This document shows, in pieces, positions 1 to 10,474 of a DNA stretch of 64,000 nt (its first letter is position 1; each line of letters begins with the position of its first letter). This stretch comes from Nitrospirota bacterium (GTDB taxonomy: Bacteria > Nitrospirota > Thermodesulfovibrionia > UBA6902): the NCBI GenBank assembly GCA_016234115.1, contig JACRHD010000017.1, forward strand, positions 811-64,810, in the 5' to 3' direction. Under the pieces are notes generated by a model. It had not been told where the DNA came from and ran no database searches. It saw only the letters and a list, made by a program, of their open reading frames with translations. A program made the translations under genes and the position numbers.

Positions 1-1
1 C

Positions 2-931
2 GCGATATCCGACGGGACAAACGTTATTGTCGGTGGCATCATGGAGCATATAGAAGAAGCCGGCATCCATTCAGGTGATTCGGCATGCTCACTACCCCCT
101 TATTCATTGCCTCAGGAAACCCTTGATAATATCAGGATCCAGACAAAGGCCCTCGCAAAGGAATTGAATGTGATAGGGCTTATGAACATACAATTCGCCG
201 TAAAGGGAAACGACATTTACATACTGGAGGTAAATCCGAGGGCGTCGCGCACAATCCCCTATGTCAGCAAGTCCATCGGCGTCCCCCTTGCCAAACTCGC
301 CGCCAAAGTCATGGTAGGGAAATCGCTGCCTGATCTGGGGCTGACATCCGAAATACGGATATCTCATGTTACGGTGAAAGAAGCGGTATTCCCTTTTGAC
401 AGGTTCAGAGGCGTGGACCCGTTATTGGGGCCGGAGATGAAATCCACAGGCGAGGTCATGGGGATCGACCATGATTTCGGTATGGCTTATGCGAAGGCCC
501 AGGCGTCGGCAAACAACACCATGCCTCTCAGCGGCAAGATATTCATCAGCGTCAAAGATAAAGACAAACCTCATCTGCCGCTTATGGCCGGCAAGCTCAC
601 GGCATTAGGGTTTTCACTCATAGCAACCAGGGGGACGGCGGCCTATTTGCGGGACCGCGGTATCAATGTGGAGACCGTCAACAAGGTAGCTGAAGGCCGG
701 CCGGACATTGTCGATTACATTAAGAATAAGGACATAAATTTCATCATCAATACCGTATCAGGCGCCAAGGCGCAGAAGGATTCTTTTTCCCTGAGGGAGA
801 GCGCCCTTCAATACAAGGTCCCGTACACGACCACGATCGCGGGAGCAAAGGCCGCTATCAACGCCATCGAGGCCCTTCTGAAAAAAATGGTCACCATAAA
901 ATCGCTCCAGCAGTACCATCAAATACGGTAA
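2..931 (+). CDS. carB: Carbamoyl-phosphate synthase large subunit, C-terminal fragment (5' end lies outside the window)
   Basis: The frame is open from position 2. Translation ...VIVGGIMEHIEEAGIHSGDSAC... matches the conserved second ATP-grasp region of CarB. The C-terminal MGS-like domain follows (…GTGEVMGID…LIATRGTAAYL…) and stops at 931. Confidence 0.85.
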   Translation, partial: AISDGTNVIVGGIMEHIEEAGIHSGDSACSLPPYSLPQETLDNIRIQTKALAKELNVIGLMNIQFAVKGNDIYILEVNPRASRTIPYVSKSIGVPLAKLAAKVMVGKSLPDLGLTSEIRISHVTVKEAVFPFDRFRGVDPLLGPEMKSTGEVMGIDHDFGMAYAKAQASANNTMPLSGKIFISVKDKDKPHLPLMAGKLTALGFSLIATRGTAAYLRDRGINVETVNKVAEGRPDIVDYIKNKDINFIINTVSGAKAQKDSFSLRESALQYKVPYTTTIAGAKAAINAIEALLKKMVTIKSLQQYHQIR

Positions 932-971
932 CTCCCCAAAAGCCTTCGTCGACAATCATTGTCCTGTCCGG

Positions 972-3233
972 TCAACGCCTCAATAATTTGTCCCGATACC
1001 CGCCGTAGCCCGAAGGATCAAGCTTCGCCGCCTTATCCAATTCCTCCACAGCCTTTGCTTCATCTCCGAGATTCAAATATGCGTTTGCCAGATTAAAATG
1101 GACCCTCGCATGATCAGGGTTTATGATATTCAACAGGTTCAGGTAATGAATGACCTTCTGAAAGTCCTTCGCCTTCTGGTAGGCCTTCACGATATAGTTA
1201 AGTTCCCCTGTCTCCAAAAGAGATTTGCCGGAAGCGATATCGTCTTTTGTCGCCCCCCTGATCCTGTTTATTTCATTCAGGGCCTTCTGCGCAACGTCTT
1301 CTTTTTTCAGAAAGATCGCAGTTAGGGCCAGCTCAAACTGTTTTTGATCATTAAGAGGGTCGCGGTCCGCCATATTATTTATTATCTCGTACATCTTCCC
1401 GTATTCTTTCTTCTGCTTGTATATCTCCGCCAACGCATAATTAAGCCACTCATACCGTGGATTCATCTTCATGCACGCCCTTACAAGTGCTTCCGCTTTT
1501 GGAATAAACGCGGGGTCGTAAAGAACAAGCCGGTTATAAAACTTTATCACCTTTGTCAGGTACTCCAGGTTATGATGATGCTTCGATATCCCTCTTTCCA
1601 GCTCGACTACTGTTTCATTCACAAATTCTACGGCCCCCTCCCGGGAAAACAGTTCCTGAAGGACAATATAGTTGGAAACGGATTCCATTGCTCCCCTGAC
1701 ATCGTAGTCGCCGAATGTATTCAACCGCAGGGTCTTCCTGAAATCGCCGAGAAGGGCCGGCAGCGACTTCTCCGAGACTGTCCTGGCTATCCGGGAAATA
1801 CGGACGGACTCATTCATGGGCCTGTAATTTGCAAAATAGATAATCGCGGAAAGAACCAGCATCATGACCGGCGTCAACAGGAACGCCTTTATTCCCGTTA
1901 TCCCCGCGTCAGTCGCCGGTTGAGGTCTTGCATCGCCTCTTTCACTTCCGACAACATCGATATAAGCTAATAATGCGAAATATATAAAGTACGTATTAAT
2001 GGTATCGAAGGTAAACAGGTTCTGGACAAAGTAAACAATCAGGGCAGTTACAAGCGTTATCGACTCTTTCCCCGAAAGCAGTTTCCCGTGATATTTCTTC
2101 CGCACTATGTAAAGAGCGGTCCCCATAATCGCCATATACGAAGACAACCCGAGGACCCCGGCGTTAATCAACCATTCTATAACAATATTATGCGCGCGGT
2201 CCGTCCATACCTGCTCGCCCGTATAAGGCATCGGACTCACTGCATATATCCCGATAAAATTTTCCTGTCCCCAACCCAATACGGGCCTTTCTTTTATCCC
2301 GTTCCAGGCCATTTCCCATGAATTGAGCCGGGCCCTGACGGAGTCGTTTGAAAGCATCGAAGAAAACCTCGAAAGGGTCGCGTCTGTTTTTAATGAATAA
2401 TTCCCGCGAGAGGCAATAAAAGTAACGGCAAGGGCAACAGCACAGATAACGACAACCGACGCAACGGCGGTATTGATTAATTTCCATTTTCGCGTCTTGA
2501 CCTTCTCAATAATATAATACGCGAGCATAATCAGCAAGCCGACAACTCCCGCCAGGATCGCGCCCCTTGTGGCCGTACGGTAAATGACCGCCGTATTGAG
2601 AAGGACAAGGAAGGCGTAATAAATTTTGAGATACTTTTTCGGGGTATTGAGAAGCAGCATCAACCCTGTAAATATGGTAAGCAGTGAATAAGCGGCAAGA
2701 AACGGGGGATTGCCGATGGTCCCGTAAATCCTTCTATTATATTCCAGCCAGTGCCGCGTGCCCTCAGTTGCCGCGGGCGCGCTCAAAGAATGCAGACCGA
2801 CAAGAAAACCGACCGCCGATATTATATTAAAAAACATCAGCCAGTCTTTACGGGTCTTCAGAACGCTCCTGACTATCATAAAATATAACGCCAGATGCAA
2901 TATGGTGATATACCCTTCCATACGCTCGTAGCTTGACCAGAAGCTGTTATAAGGGTTGACCCCCAACAAGTCGGCCATGCCCGTCACAAAGGTGAACGTC
3001 AATACGGACGCTACCATCGCTGAAGCAGCAGGCCTGTATTCCTTCCTGACCGTGATGAGCCCGATCCAGAAAAAAGCCGCGACCTCAACCAGTATCCTGA
3101 AAGCGAAGTTTTTGCCGGTAATATACGGGAATACCATCGGGGCCGAAATATAAAGGGGCAGCACAGGGACCAGGAATATGAGGATTCTTGTCCCCCACTG
3201 GCAAATTTTTTCTGTTTTAAAGGAGTATGGCAT
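972..3233 (-). CDS. O-antigen ligase-like (Wzy_C family) polytopic membrane protein fused to a C-terminal TPR-repeat domain
   Basis: 753 aa. The N-terminal ~450 aa has many TM helices with a large loop, as in O-antigen ligase/polymerase. The C-terminal ~250 aa has repeated 34-residue TPR-like helices (…AKAVEELDKAAKLDP…, LNLANAYLNLGDEAKA). Confidence 0.55.
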   Translation of the reverse strand: MPYSFKTEKICQWGTRILIFLVPVLPLYISAPMVFPYITGKNFAFRILVEVAAFFWIGLITVRKEYRPAASAMVASVLTFTFVTGMADLLGVNPYNSFWSSYERMEGYITILHLALYFMIVRSVLKTRKDWLMFFNIISAVGFLVGLHSLSAPAATEGTRHWLEYNRRIYGTIGNPPFLAAYSLLTIFTGLMLLLNTPKKYLKIYYAFLVLLNTAVIYRTATRGAILAGVVGLLIMLAYYIIEKVKTRKWKLINTAVASVVVICAVALAVTFIASRGNYSLKTDATLSRFSSMLSNDSVRARLNSWEMAWNGIKERPVLGWGQENFIGIYAVSPMPYTGEQVWTDRAHNIVIEWLINAGVLGLSSYMAIMGTALYIVRKKYHGKLLSGKESITLVTALIVYFVQNLFTFDTINTYFIYFALLAYIDVVGSERGDARPQPATDAGITGIKAFLLTPVMMLVLSAIIYFANYRPMNESVRISRIARTVSEKSLPALLGDFRKTLRLNTFGDYDVRGAMESVSNYIVLQELFSREGAVEFVNETVVELERGISKHHHNLEYLTKVIKFYNRLVLYDPAFIPKAEALVRACMKMNPRYEWLNYALAEIYKQKKEYGKMYEIINNMADRDPLNDQKQFELALTAIFLKKEDVAQKALNEINRIRGATKDDIASGKSLLETGELNYIVKAYQKAKDFQKVIHYLNLLNIINPDHARVHFNLANAYLNLGDEAKAVEELDKAAKLDPSGYGGYRDKLLRR

Positions 3234-3338
3234 CGAGAAAGCTCAAGGGATCACGGCTTGAATTTGTTGACAGGCATATGGCAAAGGCAATTATTCCTCC
3301 TCACAAACCGGCAAGGGCCTGATAAACATCATAACCGC

Positions 3339-3373
3339 ACTGAGATGGAAGCCGCGAAACCGCTCCCATCTCA
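3339..3373 (-). terminator. Candidate rho-independent terminator/hairpin downstream of the small minus-strand gene at 3426-3584
   Basis: CTGAGATGG(3339-3347)…CCATCTCAG(3365-3373) forms a 9-bp outer stem with an inner GC-rich helix. On the minus strand it is followed by a moderately U-rich stretch (agugcgguuaugauguuuauc). Confidence 0.3.
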
Positions 3374-3425
3374 GGCGGTCAGGTAAGGTCCAGTTTTTCC
3401 GGGTCATATATATTAAGCTTACTGC

Positions 3426-3584
3426 TTAAAATAATGTATATATAAACGGCGCCACTGCCGAGCCCTCAGTAAAAATTATCAATGCGCCCAACAGGACGAG
3501 AAAGATTACAATAGGCATTAACCACCATTTCTTTCGTACCTTTAAAAAATCCCAGAATTCCGACATGATAGATAGTTTGCTCAT
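3426..3584 (-). CDS. Small single-TM membrane protein (DUF5989-like)
   Basis: The likely true start is the internal Met (MSKLSIMSEFWDFLKVRKKWWLMPIVIFLVLLGALIIFTEGSAVAPFIYTLF). This is a short conserved peptide of a family that recurs next to glycan-modification genes. The upstream part of the 86-aa track ORF is Arg-rich and probably not coding. Confidence 0.5.
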   Translation of the reverse strand: MSKLSIMSEFWDFLKVRKKWWLMPIVIFLVLLGALIIFTEGSAVAPFIYTLF

Positions 3585-3701
3585 TCGCCGCCTCCCTGTT
3601 CTATATTGTGATGCATAATTCCCTGTTCTTTCCGCAAATACCCTTATGCTTCCGCGCCTCGTCTCCACGGCCCCGGTCCTTCCCATGAATACGGAGCGTC
3701 T

Positions 3702-5114
3702 TCAGATAAATTTTATTTTTTTAAGGGCAAAAAAAGTCATCCTCAAAAGCAATAATCCGTGTCTGAACCGGCTTATCTGGGTCCTCCCGTAAGTCCTTTC
3801 ACGATATCTTATTGGTATCTCAACCAACTTCAGATTAAGCTTGGACGCCCCGAAGAGGAGGTCAAAATCGCCGAATGGATCAAAATCCCCGAAGTATGCT
3901 CTGTTTGCCTTTATCCTTTCATAATCTTTTTTCCAGAGCACCTTGGTGCCGCAAAGCGTGTCCCTGACGCGCTGTTCGAGGAGATAAGAAAATGCCAGGC
4001 TGAAGAATTTGTTTCCCAGCAGGTTCAGAAATCTCATCGCCTCTTTTTCCATCTGATAAACCAGTCGTGAACCGTTAATGAACTCGCCCTTCCCCGACAC
4101 GACGGCGTCAAAAAACTTGGGAAGGTCTTCCGGCGGCACGGTAAGGTCTGCGTCGAGGATCATCAGGACATCGTTTTTTGCGCGGGCAAATCCCTTTCTT
4201 ACGGCGTCCCCTTTCCCTTTGCCGTCCTGGACCAAAACGGAAATGTCTCTATGGGAATACTCTTTTCGCACCCTTTCACACTCTTCAACCGTTCCGTCTT
4301 CAGAATGGCCCTCAACAAATATGATCTCGGTATGCCTGCCCATCGCAGGCGTTCTTTTGACGGCCTGCTCGATGTTTCCTCTCTCATTCCGGCAGGGGAT
4401 GATGACCGAGCACGTCGCCTCCCCTGGCCGGACCCTGCTGCCTGCCGGCCGGGCAATTATTATTTCGTTTAAGGCAAGTTTCCGGAAGAAGGGCAGGTTT
4501 GCCACCCATTTATTGAAAAAAGACGAAACAAGGGGGATATTGACGGGCATTAAACAATGATACCTTTTTTTTATTACCTCGAAGTCGTTCAGATAAAGCA
4601 GATTGGATATATCTTCAAGAGGAAGCCAGTGCTGCAATAAACGTCTGGTCCTGAGGCCGACCGCTTCCGCGACCTTGAGCGCCGGCTCCCAGAGATAATT
4701 GTAATAAACGATGATCAGCCGGGTTTCCGGCTTGCATACTTTATGCAATCCCTTAACGGCAATCTGAATATCGTCAACATTTCCTATGGTGCCGTCAATA
4801 ACAACATAATCAAATTTTTCTTCGATCTTGAGAGATTCAAGGTCGTCTACTTCAAATTGTAAACGCGGGTTCCTCTCCCTTGCGATCTCCACCATTCGGG
4901 GACTTATGTCGATCCCCACTCCTCTGGAGGGATTCAAAGCAGCGAGGGTATCGCCTGTCCCGCAGCCTATTTCAAGAACGGATGATTGCTGAGGAATTAA
5001 AAAAAGGAGATACTTTTCGAGTTCTCTATGATAATACTCTCCCTTTTTTCTGCTTTTTTCCCTGTCCCGGGCTATGGAATTGAAAAAGGTTATTTTTTCA
5101 GTTTTTGTCAACAA
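3702..5114 (-). CDS. Bifunctional class I SAM-dependent methyltransferase / family-2 glycosyltransferase
   Basis: The N-terminal half has SAM-binding motif I (VLEIGCGTGDTL) and a Rossmann methyltransferase fold. The C-terminal half is GT2-like (SVIIPCRNERGNIEQAV…ILDADLT…), resembling DPM1/ArnC polyprenyl-phosphate sugar synthases. Confidence 0.7.
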   Translation of the reverse strand: MLTKTEKITFFNSIARDREKSRKKGEYYHRELEKYLLFLIPQQSSVLEIGCGTGDTLAALNPSRGVGIDISPRMVEIARERNPRLQFEVDDLESLKIEEKFDYVVIDGTIGNVDDIQIAVKGLHKVCKPETRLIIVYYNYLWEPALKVAEAVGLRTRRLLQHWLPLEDISNLLYLNDFEVIKKRYHCLMPVNIPLVSSFFNKWVANLPFFRKLALNEIIIARPAGSRVRPGEATCSVIIPCRNERGNIEQAVKRTPAMGRHTEIIFVEGHSEDGTVEECERVRKEYSHRDISVLVQDGKGKGDAVRKGFARAKNDVLMILDADLTVPPEDLPKFFDAVVSGKGEFINGSRLVYQMEKEAMRFLNLLGNKFFSLAFSYLLEQRVRDTLCGTKVLWKKDYERIKANRAYFGDFDPFGDFDLLFGASKLNLKLVEIPIRYRERTYGRTQISRFRHGLLLLRMTFFALKKIKFI

Positions 5115-5133
5115 GTGAGCTCCTGAAGATATT

Positions 5134-6213
5134 TCAGGGTATGGTCCTGCTACTTACATTCCTGCAATAGCTTTCATATGTTTGAACTATACCCTGCTCA
5201 AGACCGATCTTCGCTTCCCAACCCAGTTTTTTTATCTTGCTCACATCTAACAATTTCCTCGGGGCCCCCTCCGGTTTTGAAAGATCATGCCGTATTTCAC
5301 CCTCGAACCCGATAATCCTCTTTATGAGAACGGCAAGGTCTTTTATCCTGATGTCCTCTCCCGAACCGATATTCACAAAATCGCCCAACTCTTTATGTCC
5401 GTAATTCGAAATTAAAAAAATACAGGCGTCCGCAAGGTCATCGGAGTGAAGAAATTCCCTGTAAATCTCCCCTGCCCCCCACAGAAGCACATGGCCCTCC
5501 GTTATACCAAGTTTTTCCAGCGCCTTTGTCATCGACTTCTCGTCCTGAAGAATTTCTTCATTATTCATATTAAAACCCGGCGGATATATCTGCAGGTCTT
5601 TTTTTATTGCCTGATAATCCCTGTTCCTCAGAAGCTTGGCGAGATGGAATTTCCTGATAAATGCGGGGAAGACATGGGAAGTTTCAAGGTTGTAATTATC
5701 ATTGGAGCCATATAAATTGGTCGGCATGACGGAGAGGAAATTTGTTCCATACTGCTCATTGTAATACCTGCACAATTTAATCGCGGAGATCTTCGCAATC
5801 GCATATGCCTCATTCGTAGGCTCCAGGGCGCCCGTGAGAAGGAACTCCTCTTTCATAGGCTGCGGGGCGTACTTCGGATAAATACAGGACGAACCGAGAT
5901 TAAGAAGCTTCTTGACTCCATGCTTATACGCGGAGTGGATTACATTCGCCGCGATCATGATATTTTGATAAATAAAGTCGGCCTTATATGTATTATTGGC
6001 CAGTATTCCTCCGACCTTTGCGGCTGACAGAAAGACATAGTCGGGTTTCTCATTTTCAAAAAATTTTTCAGTCTCTGTCTGACGCGTAAGGTCGAGTTCG
6101 GAGTGTGCTCGGGAAACAATGTTTTCATGTCCCCGTACCCGGAGGTTTCGCATCAACGCAGACCCTACCATTCCCCTGTGTCCCGCTATGTAAGTCTTTG
6201 AAGTCGTTTCCAT
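5134..6213 (-). CDS. fcl: GDP-L-fucose synthase (GDP-4-keto-6-deoxy-D-mannose 3,5-epimerase/4-reductase)
   Basis: The N-terminus is …KTYIAGHRGMVGSALMRNL… and the SDR catalytic Y-x3-K (YAIAKISAIK) is present. It lies adjacent to gmd. It is longer than typical Fcl (359 aa) because of an internal insertion. Confidence 0.8.
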   Translation of the reverse strand: METTSKTYIAGHRGMVGSALMRNLRVRGHENIVSRAHSELDLTRQTETEKFFENEKPDYVFLSAAKVGGILANNTYKADFIYQNIMIAANVIHSAYKHGVKKLLNLGSSCIYPKYAPQPMKEEFLLTGALEPTNEAYAIAKISAIKLCRYYNEQYGTNFLSVMPTNLYGSNDNYNLETSHVFPAFIRKFHLAKLLRNRDYQAIKKDLQIYPPGFNMNNEEILQDEKSMTKALEKLGITEGHVLLWGAGEIYREFLHSDDLADACIFLISNYGHKELGDFVNIGSGEDIRIKDLAVLIKRIIGFEGEIRHDLSKPEGAPRKLLDVSKIKKLGWEAKIGLEQGIVQTYESYCRNVSSRTIP

Positions 6214-6274
6214 TATGAAGTTGGTTATTCGATAAGCGGTAGGGCCTTCGCGAAATTGAACCGTGGTCCCCGGA

Positions 6275-7411
6275 TCAGTTTGTCCAATCGATTTTCTTGT
6301 TACTTAAAATCAGCTTCCCTTCACCCGGCGTTCTGAGCCCTATGTCCTCCATATCTGAATCGACCATAATTTTTACAAGCTCGTCAAAGGTCACCCTGGG
6401 CGCCCAGCCGAGCTCTCTCCTGGCTTTTTCCGCGTCTGCAAGGAGAAAATCGACCTCCGCGGGCCTGAAATACTTCGGATCAATCCTGACCGCGCAATCG
6501 CCTGTCTTCAGGTCGGCTTTCGAGCCGGGCCCGAAAGCCTGATCCAGGGATTTTATGACGCCTGCTTCGCTCAACCCTTCTCCACGCCATTCAATTTCTA
6601 TTCCGGCATAACCAAATGCTCGTTCAACGAATTCTCTTACCGTATGGCTCTCGCTTGAACCGATTACATAGTCATCAGGCGCTTCCCTTTGCAGTATCAG
6701 CCATTGACATTCAACATATTCCGGAGTAAAACCCCAGTCTCTCGCGGCGTCAAGATTGCCGAGAAAAAGGGTCTTCTGATTGCCTGCAATCATATTTGCC
6801 ACCGCCCTTGTAATCTTTCTGGTAACAAAGGTCTCTCCTCTCCTCGGTGATTCGTGATTGAAAAGGATTCCATTGCAGGCAAAGATGTTATATCCTTCTC
6901 TGTAATTGACGGCCATCCAGTAAGCATATACTTTTGCCGCCGCGTACGGGCTTCTCGGATGGAAGCCTGTTCGCTCGCTTTGAGGAGGCGGGGCGGAGCC
7001 GAACATTTCCGAAGAAGACGCCTGATAAAATCTGGTCTTTATTCCGCTTATTCTTATCGCTTCAAGAAGTCTCGTAGTTCCGAGGGCCGTTATATCACCC
7101 GTATATTCAGGCATGTCGAAACTCACCCTTACATGGCTTTGAGCTCCGAGATGATATACTTCATCAGGCTGAATATTATATATGATATTTGTGAGCTGCC
7201 CGGCGTCGGAGAGATCGCCGTAGTGCAAAAGAAGCTTGACACCCGATATATGAGGGTCTCTGTAAAGATGATTTATTCTCTTGGTATTAAATGTACTCGC
7301 CCTCCTGATAAGCCCGTGAACTTCGTAGCCCTTAGACAGAAGCAGCTCCGAAAGATATGAGCCGTCCTGGCCGGTAATTCCGGTAATTAAAGCTTTTTTG
7401 GTCATTGACAT
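6275..7411 (-). CDS. gmd: GDP-mannose 4,6-dehydratase
   Basis: [46 protein letters not shown] is the canonical Gmd N-terminus. It carries the SDR catalytic triad and sits next to fcl. Confidence 0.9.
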   Translation of the reverse strand: MSMTKKALITGITGQDGSYLSELLLSKGYEVHGLIRRASTFNTKRINHLYRDPHISGVKLLLHYGDLSDAGQLTNIIYNIQPDEVYHLGAQSHVRVSFDMPEYTGDITALGTTRLLEAIRISGIKTRFYQASSSEMFGSAPPPQSERTGFHPRSPYAAAKVYAYWMAVNYREGYNIFACNGILFNHESPRRGETFVTRKITRAVANMIAGNQKTLFLGNLDAARDWGFTPEYVECQWLILQREAPDDYVIGSSESHTVREFVERAFGYAGIEIEWRGEGLSEAGVIKSLDQAFGPGSKADLKTGDCAVRIDPKYFRPAEVDFLLADAEKARRELGWAPRVTFDELVKIMVDSDMEDIGLRTPGEGKLILSNKKIDWTN

Positions 7412-7487
7412 ATATTATCGCAAGGCGGTTAAATTCTTCAAATAACAGACTTGACGGAATCAGGACAATCCGGTAATTCCGGAAGGG

Positions 7488-9389
7488 TCAACTGTCGTGA
7501 AATCTGTATATGTATATGGAATTTTCATCCAGATAATACCTCGCGACCTCCACAAGTTCCTTTTCCCGGGTATTTTTCAGGTATTCAGCTATGTTGAGAC
7601 TGGGACTGATTTCTTCAATGTATGCCGAATTATAAGGGAACATAATATATGATACGTCATGTTCCCTGCAAAATGCCTTCAATCTGTCCGGGGTAGAAAC
7701 ATTATCGATCTCATACCAGAAACTGATAATCCTGTTCTTGTCGATTCCATACTTGATCCGGTAAAAATCGGATGACATAATACGCAGGGTCAATATTTTT
7801 TCTCCTTCCTTTACATTTTCCTTGACCCATTTCATTGCCTCATCACTGGGAAAGTACTTAAGCTTTATAAATTCGAGAGACGACAGGAATTGCGCCTTCA
7901 GAGTCGGGACCGTACAAATACTTATCAGGCAAACAGATAAAATCATATAACTTACCTTAAATGAATGACGCCATTTGATTTTTTCGATAATACTGCTTAA
8001 AAACAGCGATAAATATACGGCCATTGACGGATAATAAGTCATTGCAAGTCGAGGGCTGTAGTTGGCTATATCCAGGGCCAGAAAAAAATAGTACGCTATA
8101 AAATAAAACCCGAAATAAAGTGACAGCGTGTCCCTTTTAAAAATAAGAAGATACGCGACCGAAAACAAAAACATGACGAAAAGGACCCATGAGATATCCT
8201 GGGGTATTTGCAGAAAGAAGGAAAATACCTTTCCCTCAAAAGGTTTAAAATTCGACCAGATTATTTCATAATTTCTCCAATTATAGAATTTACCTATTAT
8301 CATCCAGGGTATTATAGGCGCCAGGGACATCAACATCACTTTAAAGTGATTTATAATATTCAAATTCCGGTTTGCTATGTCTCTGACAATCAGATAACCG
8401 CTGCAGATAAAAAACATTAATAAAATTTCCGGCCTGTACATAAATCCTGTGCCTATAAAGAAAGAGGTCAAAAACAGGTCTCTATTATCTTCCAGCTTGA
8501 TGAATCGCAGGAAATGGAAGGAAATCAGGGTCGCAAAAAAAAGGGTCCCGCAACTGATCTCAGCCAACTGAGCATAGGCAAACGAGACCGGTAAGAATAA
8601 AAATATTGTCGCCCCTGCCAGCGCCGCTTCCCTGTTGCTGAATAACAGAATCGTCCGGTACAGATAAACTGCGCTGAAAATATAAAACAGTAATTGAATG
8701 ATTCTCGGACCTACATGCGTAAAGCCGAAAGCAGAGTAAGCAATATGATAAAGAAGTTTAATAAGATGGGGATACCGGATGAATTCCGGATAATACGTTA
8801 TATTTCTTAACAATAGAAAATATGCAACAGATGATAATAACAACAAGAAGATAAAACGACGTCTCAATGGGCCTTTCGTTGTTAATTCTGATATATAGTC
8901 ACACCTCTCTGAAGAAGAAACATCCGGTTTCCTGAACTGCCGGATTAACAAAACCAGAACGGCCGGCGACCAGAATGCAATTTGAAAAAATACATGCCAC
9001 GCGCTGTCGATATGCTCATAAATCCATAAACCGCTGGTCAGGTGCAGGGCTTCATCACCGATTATTAAAATGGGCAGGAATAAGGGATAAATATGGAGAA
9101 CCAACGCCAGACAACAGACCATCAGGAACCACACGTGGGTCCTGATCCCCGTCATAATGTCTCGCAGAGGGACAACGGCAGCCGTACCGACCGGGAGGGC
9201 GTCAAACCAGCGACCCATCAGATAAGCAGCTGCGGAAAAATATACTATCAGTCCGAAGAACACAACCGCCCTGGCGGCAACAGAAATTGGAAGCGCCCAT
9301 GTGGGAAAAATCAAATAAAAAAGAATCCAGGGGAGGGTAAAAAGAAATTTGTATTGGTGAATAGTGTTCTTCTTTGAAGTATCAACCAT
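7488..9389 (-). CDS. Large polytopic membrane protein, GT-C-fold glycosyltransferase-like (GT39/GT83/ArnT-PMT-like)
   Basis: 633 aa. About 12 predicted TM helices in the N-terminal two-thirds are followed by a ~150-aa soluble C-terminal domain, the architecture of polyprenyl-P-sugar-dependent GT-C enzymes. No specific family could be assigned by eye. Confidence 0.5.
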   Translation of the reverse strand: MVDTSKKNTIHQYKFLFTLPWILFYLIFPTWALPISVAARAVVFFGLIVYFSAAAYLMGRWFDALPVGTAAVVPLRDIMTGIRTHVWFLMVCCLALVLHIYPLFLPILIIGDEALHLTSGLWIYEHIDSAWHVFFQIAFWSPAVLVLLIRQFRKPDVSSSERCDYISELTTKGPLRRRFIFLLLLSSVAYFLLLRNITYYPEFIRYPHLIKLLYHIAYSAFGFTHVGPRIIQLLFYIFSAVYLYRTILLFSNREAALAGATIFLFLPVSFAYAQLAEISCGTLFFATLISFHFLRFIKLEDNRDLFLTSFFIGTGFMYRPEILLMFFICSGYLIVRDIANRNLNIINHFKVMLMSLAPIIPWMIIGKFYNWRNYEIIWSNFKPFEGKVFSFFLQIPQDISWVLFVMFLFSVAYLLIFKRDTLSLYFGFYFIAYYFFLALDIANYSPRLAMTYYPSMAVYLSLFLSSIIEKIKWRHSFKVSYMILSVCLISICTVPTLKAQFLSSLEFIKLKYFPSDEAMKWVKENVKEGEKILTLRIMSSDFYRIKYGIDKNRIISFWYEIDNVSTPDRLKAFCREHDVSYIMFPYNSAYIEEISPSLNIAEYLKNTREKELVEVARYYLDENSIYIYRFHDS

Positions 9390-9592
9390 ATGTTATTGAT
9401 CTTAATCGTAAGTGAATATAAAGTATACCTTAATTTCATGTTAAATTTCAAAATATTATGTTTGATCTATTATCACGGGACCGTTAAGAGGAAAAACCCT
9501 TGTTCCCCCCAAAAACCCATTTGACTTACTGATCATAAATTTGTTAATTTACTGTTTATTTGAAATATAATAAATTTGCCGAGGTTAATTGT

Positions 9593-10141
9593 ATGCTAAA
9601 AAAGACATCAGCACCCAGCAAGAAGAAAACCGGAAAACCGAAAGCGGTAACGAAAGCTGTAACGACTGACGCCAAAGCGACGAATAACGCGAAGACACAA
9701 AAAACAGCAACGAGCGCGAAAGCTCCTGCAAGAGAAAAAAATACATCCGTAAAGAAAGCAGAGTCTATGTCACAAAGAGAAAAATTAATACTGGAAATCA
9801 AACAGAGCCTTTTGGCCCAGAGAGAGACCTTACTTAGAGAAGCCGAAGAGACGCTCAATACCCTCCCTTCGGAACTTAATTTCCCGGACATGGGCGACCA
9901 GGCAACGGCTGAGACCGACAGAAACTTTATGCTCCGCCTGAGGGACAGGGAACGCCTGCTCCTGAAAAAAATCGAAGAGACCATCGAACGCATTGACAGT
10001 GAAGAGTACGGAATCTGCCAGGAATGCGGGAACGAAATCGGCATAAAACGCCTCCAGGCAAGACCGGTCACTACCCTCTGTATAGACTGCAAGACCCGCC
10101 AGGAAGAAGAAGAGAGGATAGCGGAAGGCGGGGCTTTATAA
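9593..10141 (+). CDS. DksA/TraR-family C4 zinc-finger protein with a Lys/Ala/Thr-rich histone-H1-like N-terminal tail
   Basis: C-terminal CQECGNEIGIKRLQARPVTTLCIDCK is a C-x2-C-x17-C-x2-C motif preceded by a coiled-coil, as in DksA/TraR. Start chosen at the ATG at 9593, preceded by GAGG with an 8-nt spacer. Residues 5-60 are low complexity (KKKTGKPKAVTKAVTTDAKATNNAKTQKTATSAKAP). Confidence 0.65.
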   Translation: MLKKTSAPSKKKTGKPKAVTKAVTTDAKATNNAKTQKTATSAKAPAREKNTSVKKAESMSQREKLILEIKQSLLAQRETLLREAEETLNTLPSELNFPDMGDQATAETDRNFMLRLRDRERLLLKKIEETIERIDSEEYGICQECGNEIGIKRLQARPVTTLCIDCKTRQEEEERIAEGGAL

Positions 10142-10474
10142 GGATATGAAGCAGATTAGGCGGATTTCTCAATTTTCACTGCGCCTGTCTGTTTCAGGTG
10201 ATTAGTATTAACAGCTTTACCGGCAATTTTACCGTGGTTATCAGCTTCCATATGGGCGCCGTTATTTATTGAATTCTATAATCCAGCCTGTCGTTCAACA
10301 CTCATCCTCTCGCCGCCGGGCCTTATACCGGATCTCCCGAAAACGCCTTAAGAGGGCGAGGGTCATAAAGAGTATGACGATAAGGAGCGGCGCCGGAAGA
10401 AGACATTTTGTGACGTGGTCTTTAATTTTTATCCGGCGGATAGTATATTATATAACGATATAATGCGACGTGAC

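Noticed and set aside
104-367. Numerous antisense/overlapping ORFs inside clearly coding genes in the ORF track (e.g. 104-367, 1344-1970, 4078-4560, 9556-10092, 19294-19905, 53148-53741, 54459-55100, 61688-62185)
   Set aside because: They lie entirely within well-supported CDSs on the opposite strand or in another frame. Their translations are low-complexity, Arg/Pro-rich or stop-avoiding shadows without recognisable motifs. They are treated as non-coding.
9560-9592. Upstream ATG at 9560 as start of the DksA-like gene (track ORF 9560-10141)
   Set aside because: The ATG at 9593 is preceded by GAGG at an 8-nt spacing. The extra 11 codons (MKYNKFAEVNC) have no support. The longer form was kept only as an alternative.
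10142-10270. Possible structured ncRNA (GCGCC…GGCGCC-bounded ~80-nt segment) downstream of the DksA-like gene
   Set aside because: It has no tRNA-like T-loop and no recognisable riboswitch or sRNA consensus, and the terminal pairing is only 5 bp. This is insufficient evidence without covariance data.
10269-10463. 64-aa Arg-rich ORF in the 330-bp gap between the DksA-like gene and tRNA-Thr
   Set aside because: Its composition (RRRALYRISRKRLKRAR…) is typical of a spurious frame. No RBS or motif was seen. The region more likely holds the tRNA promoter.
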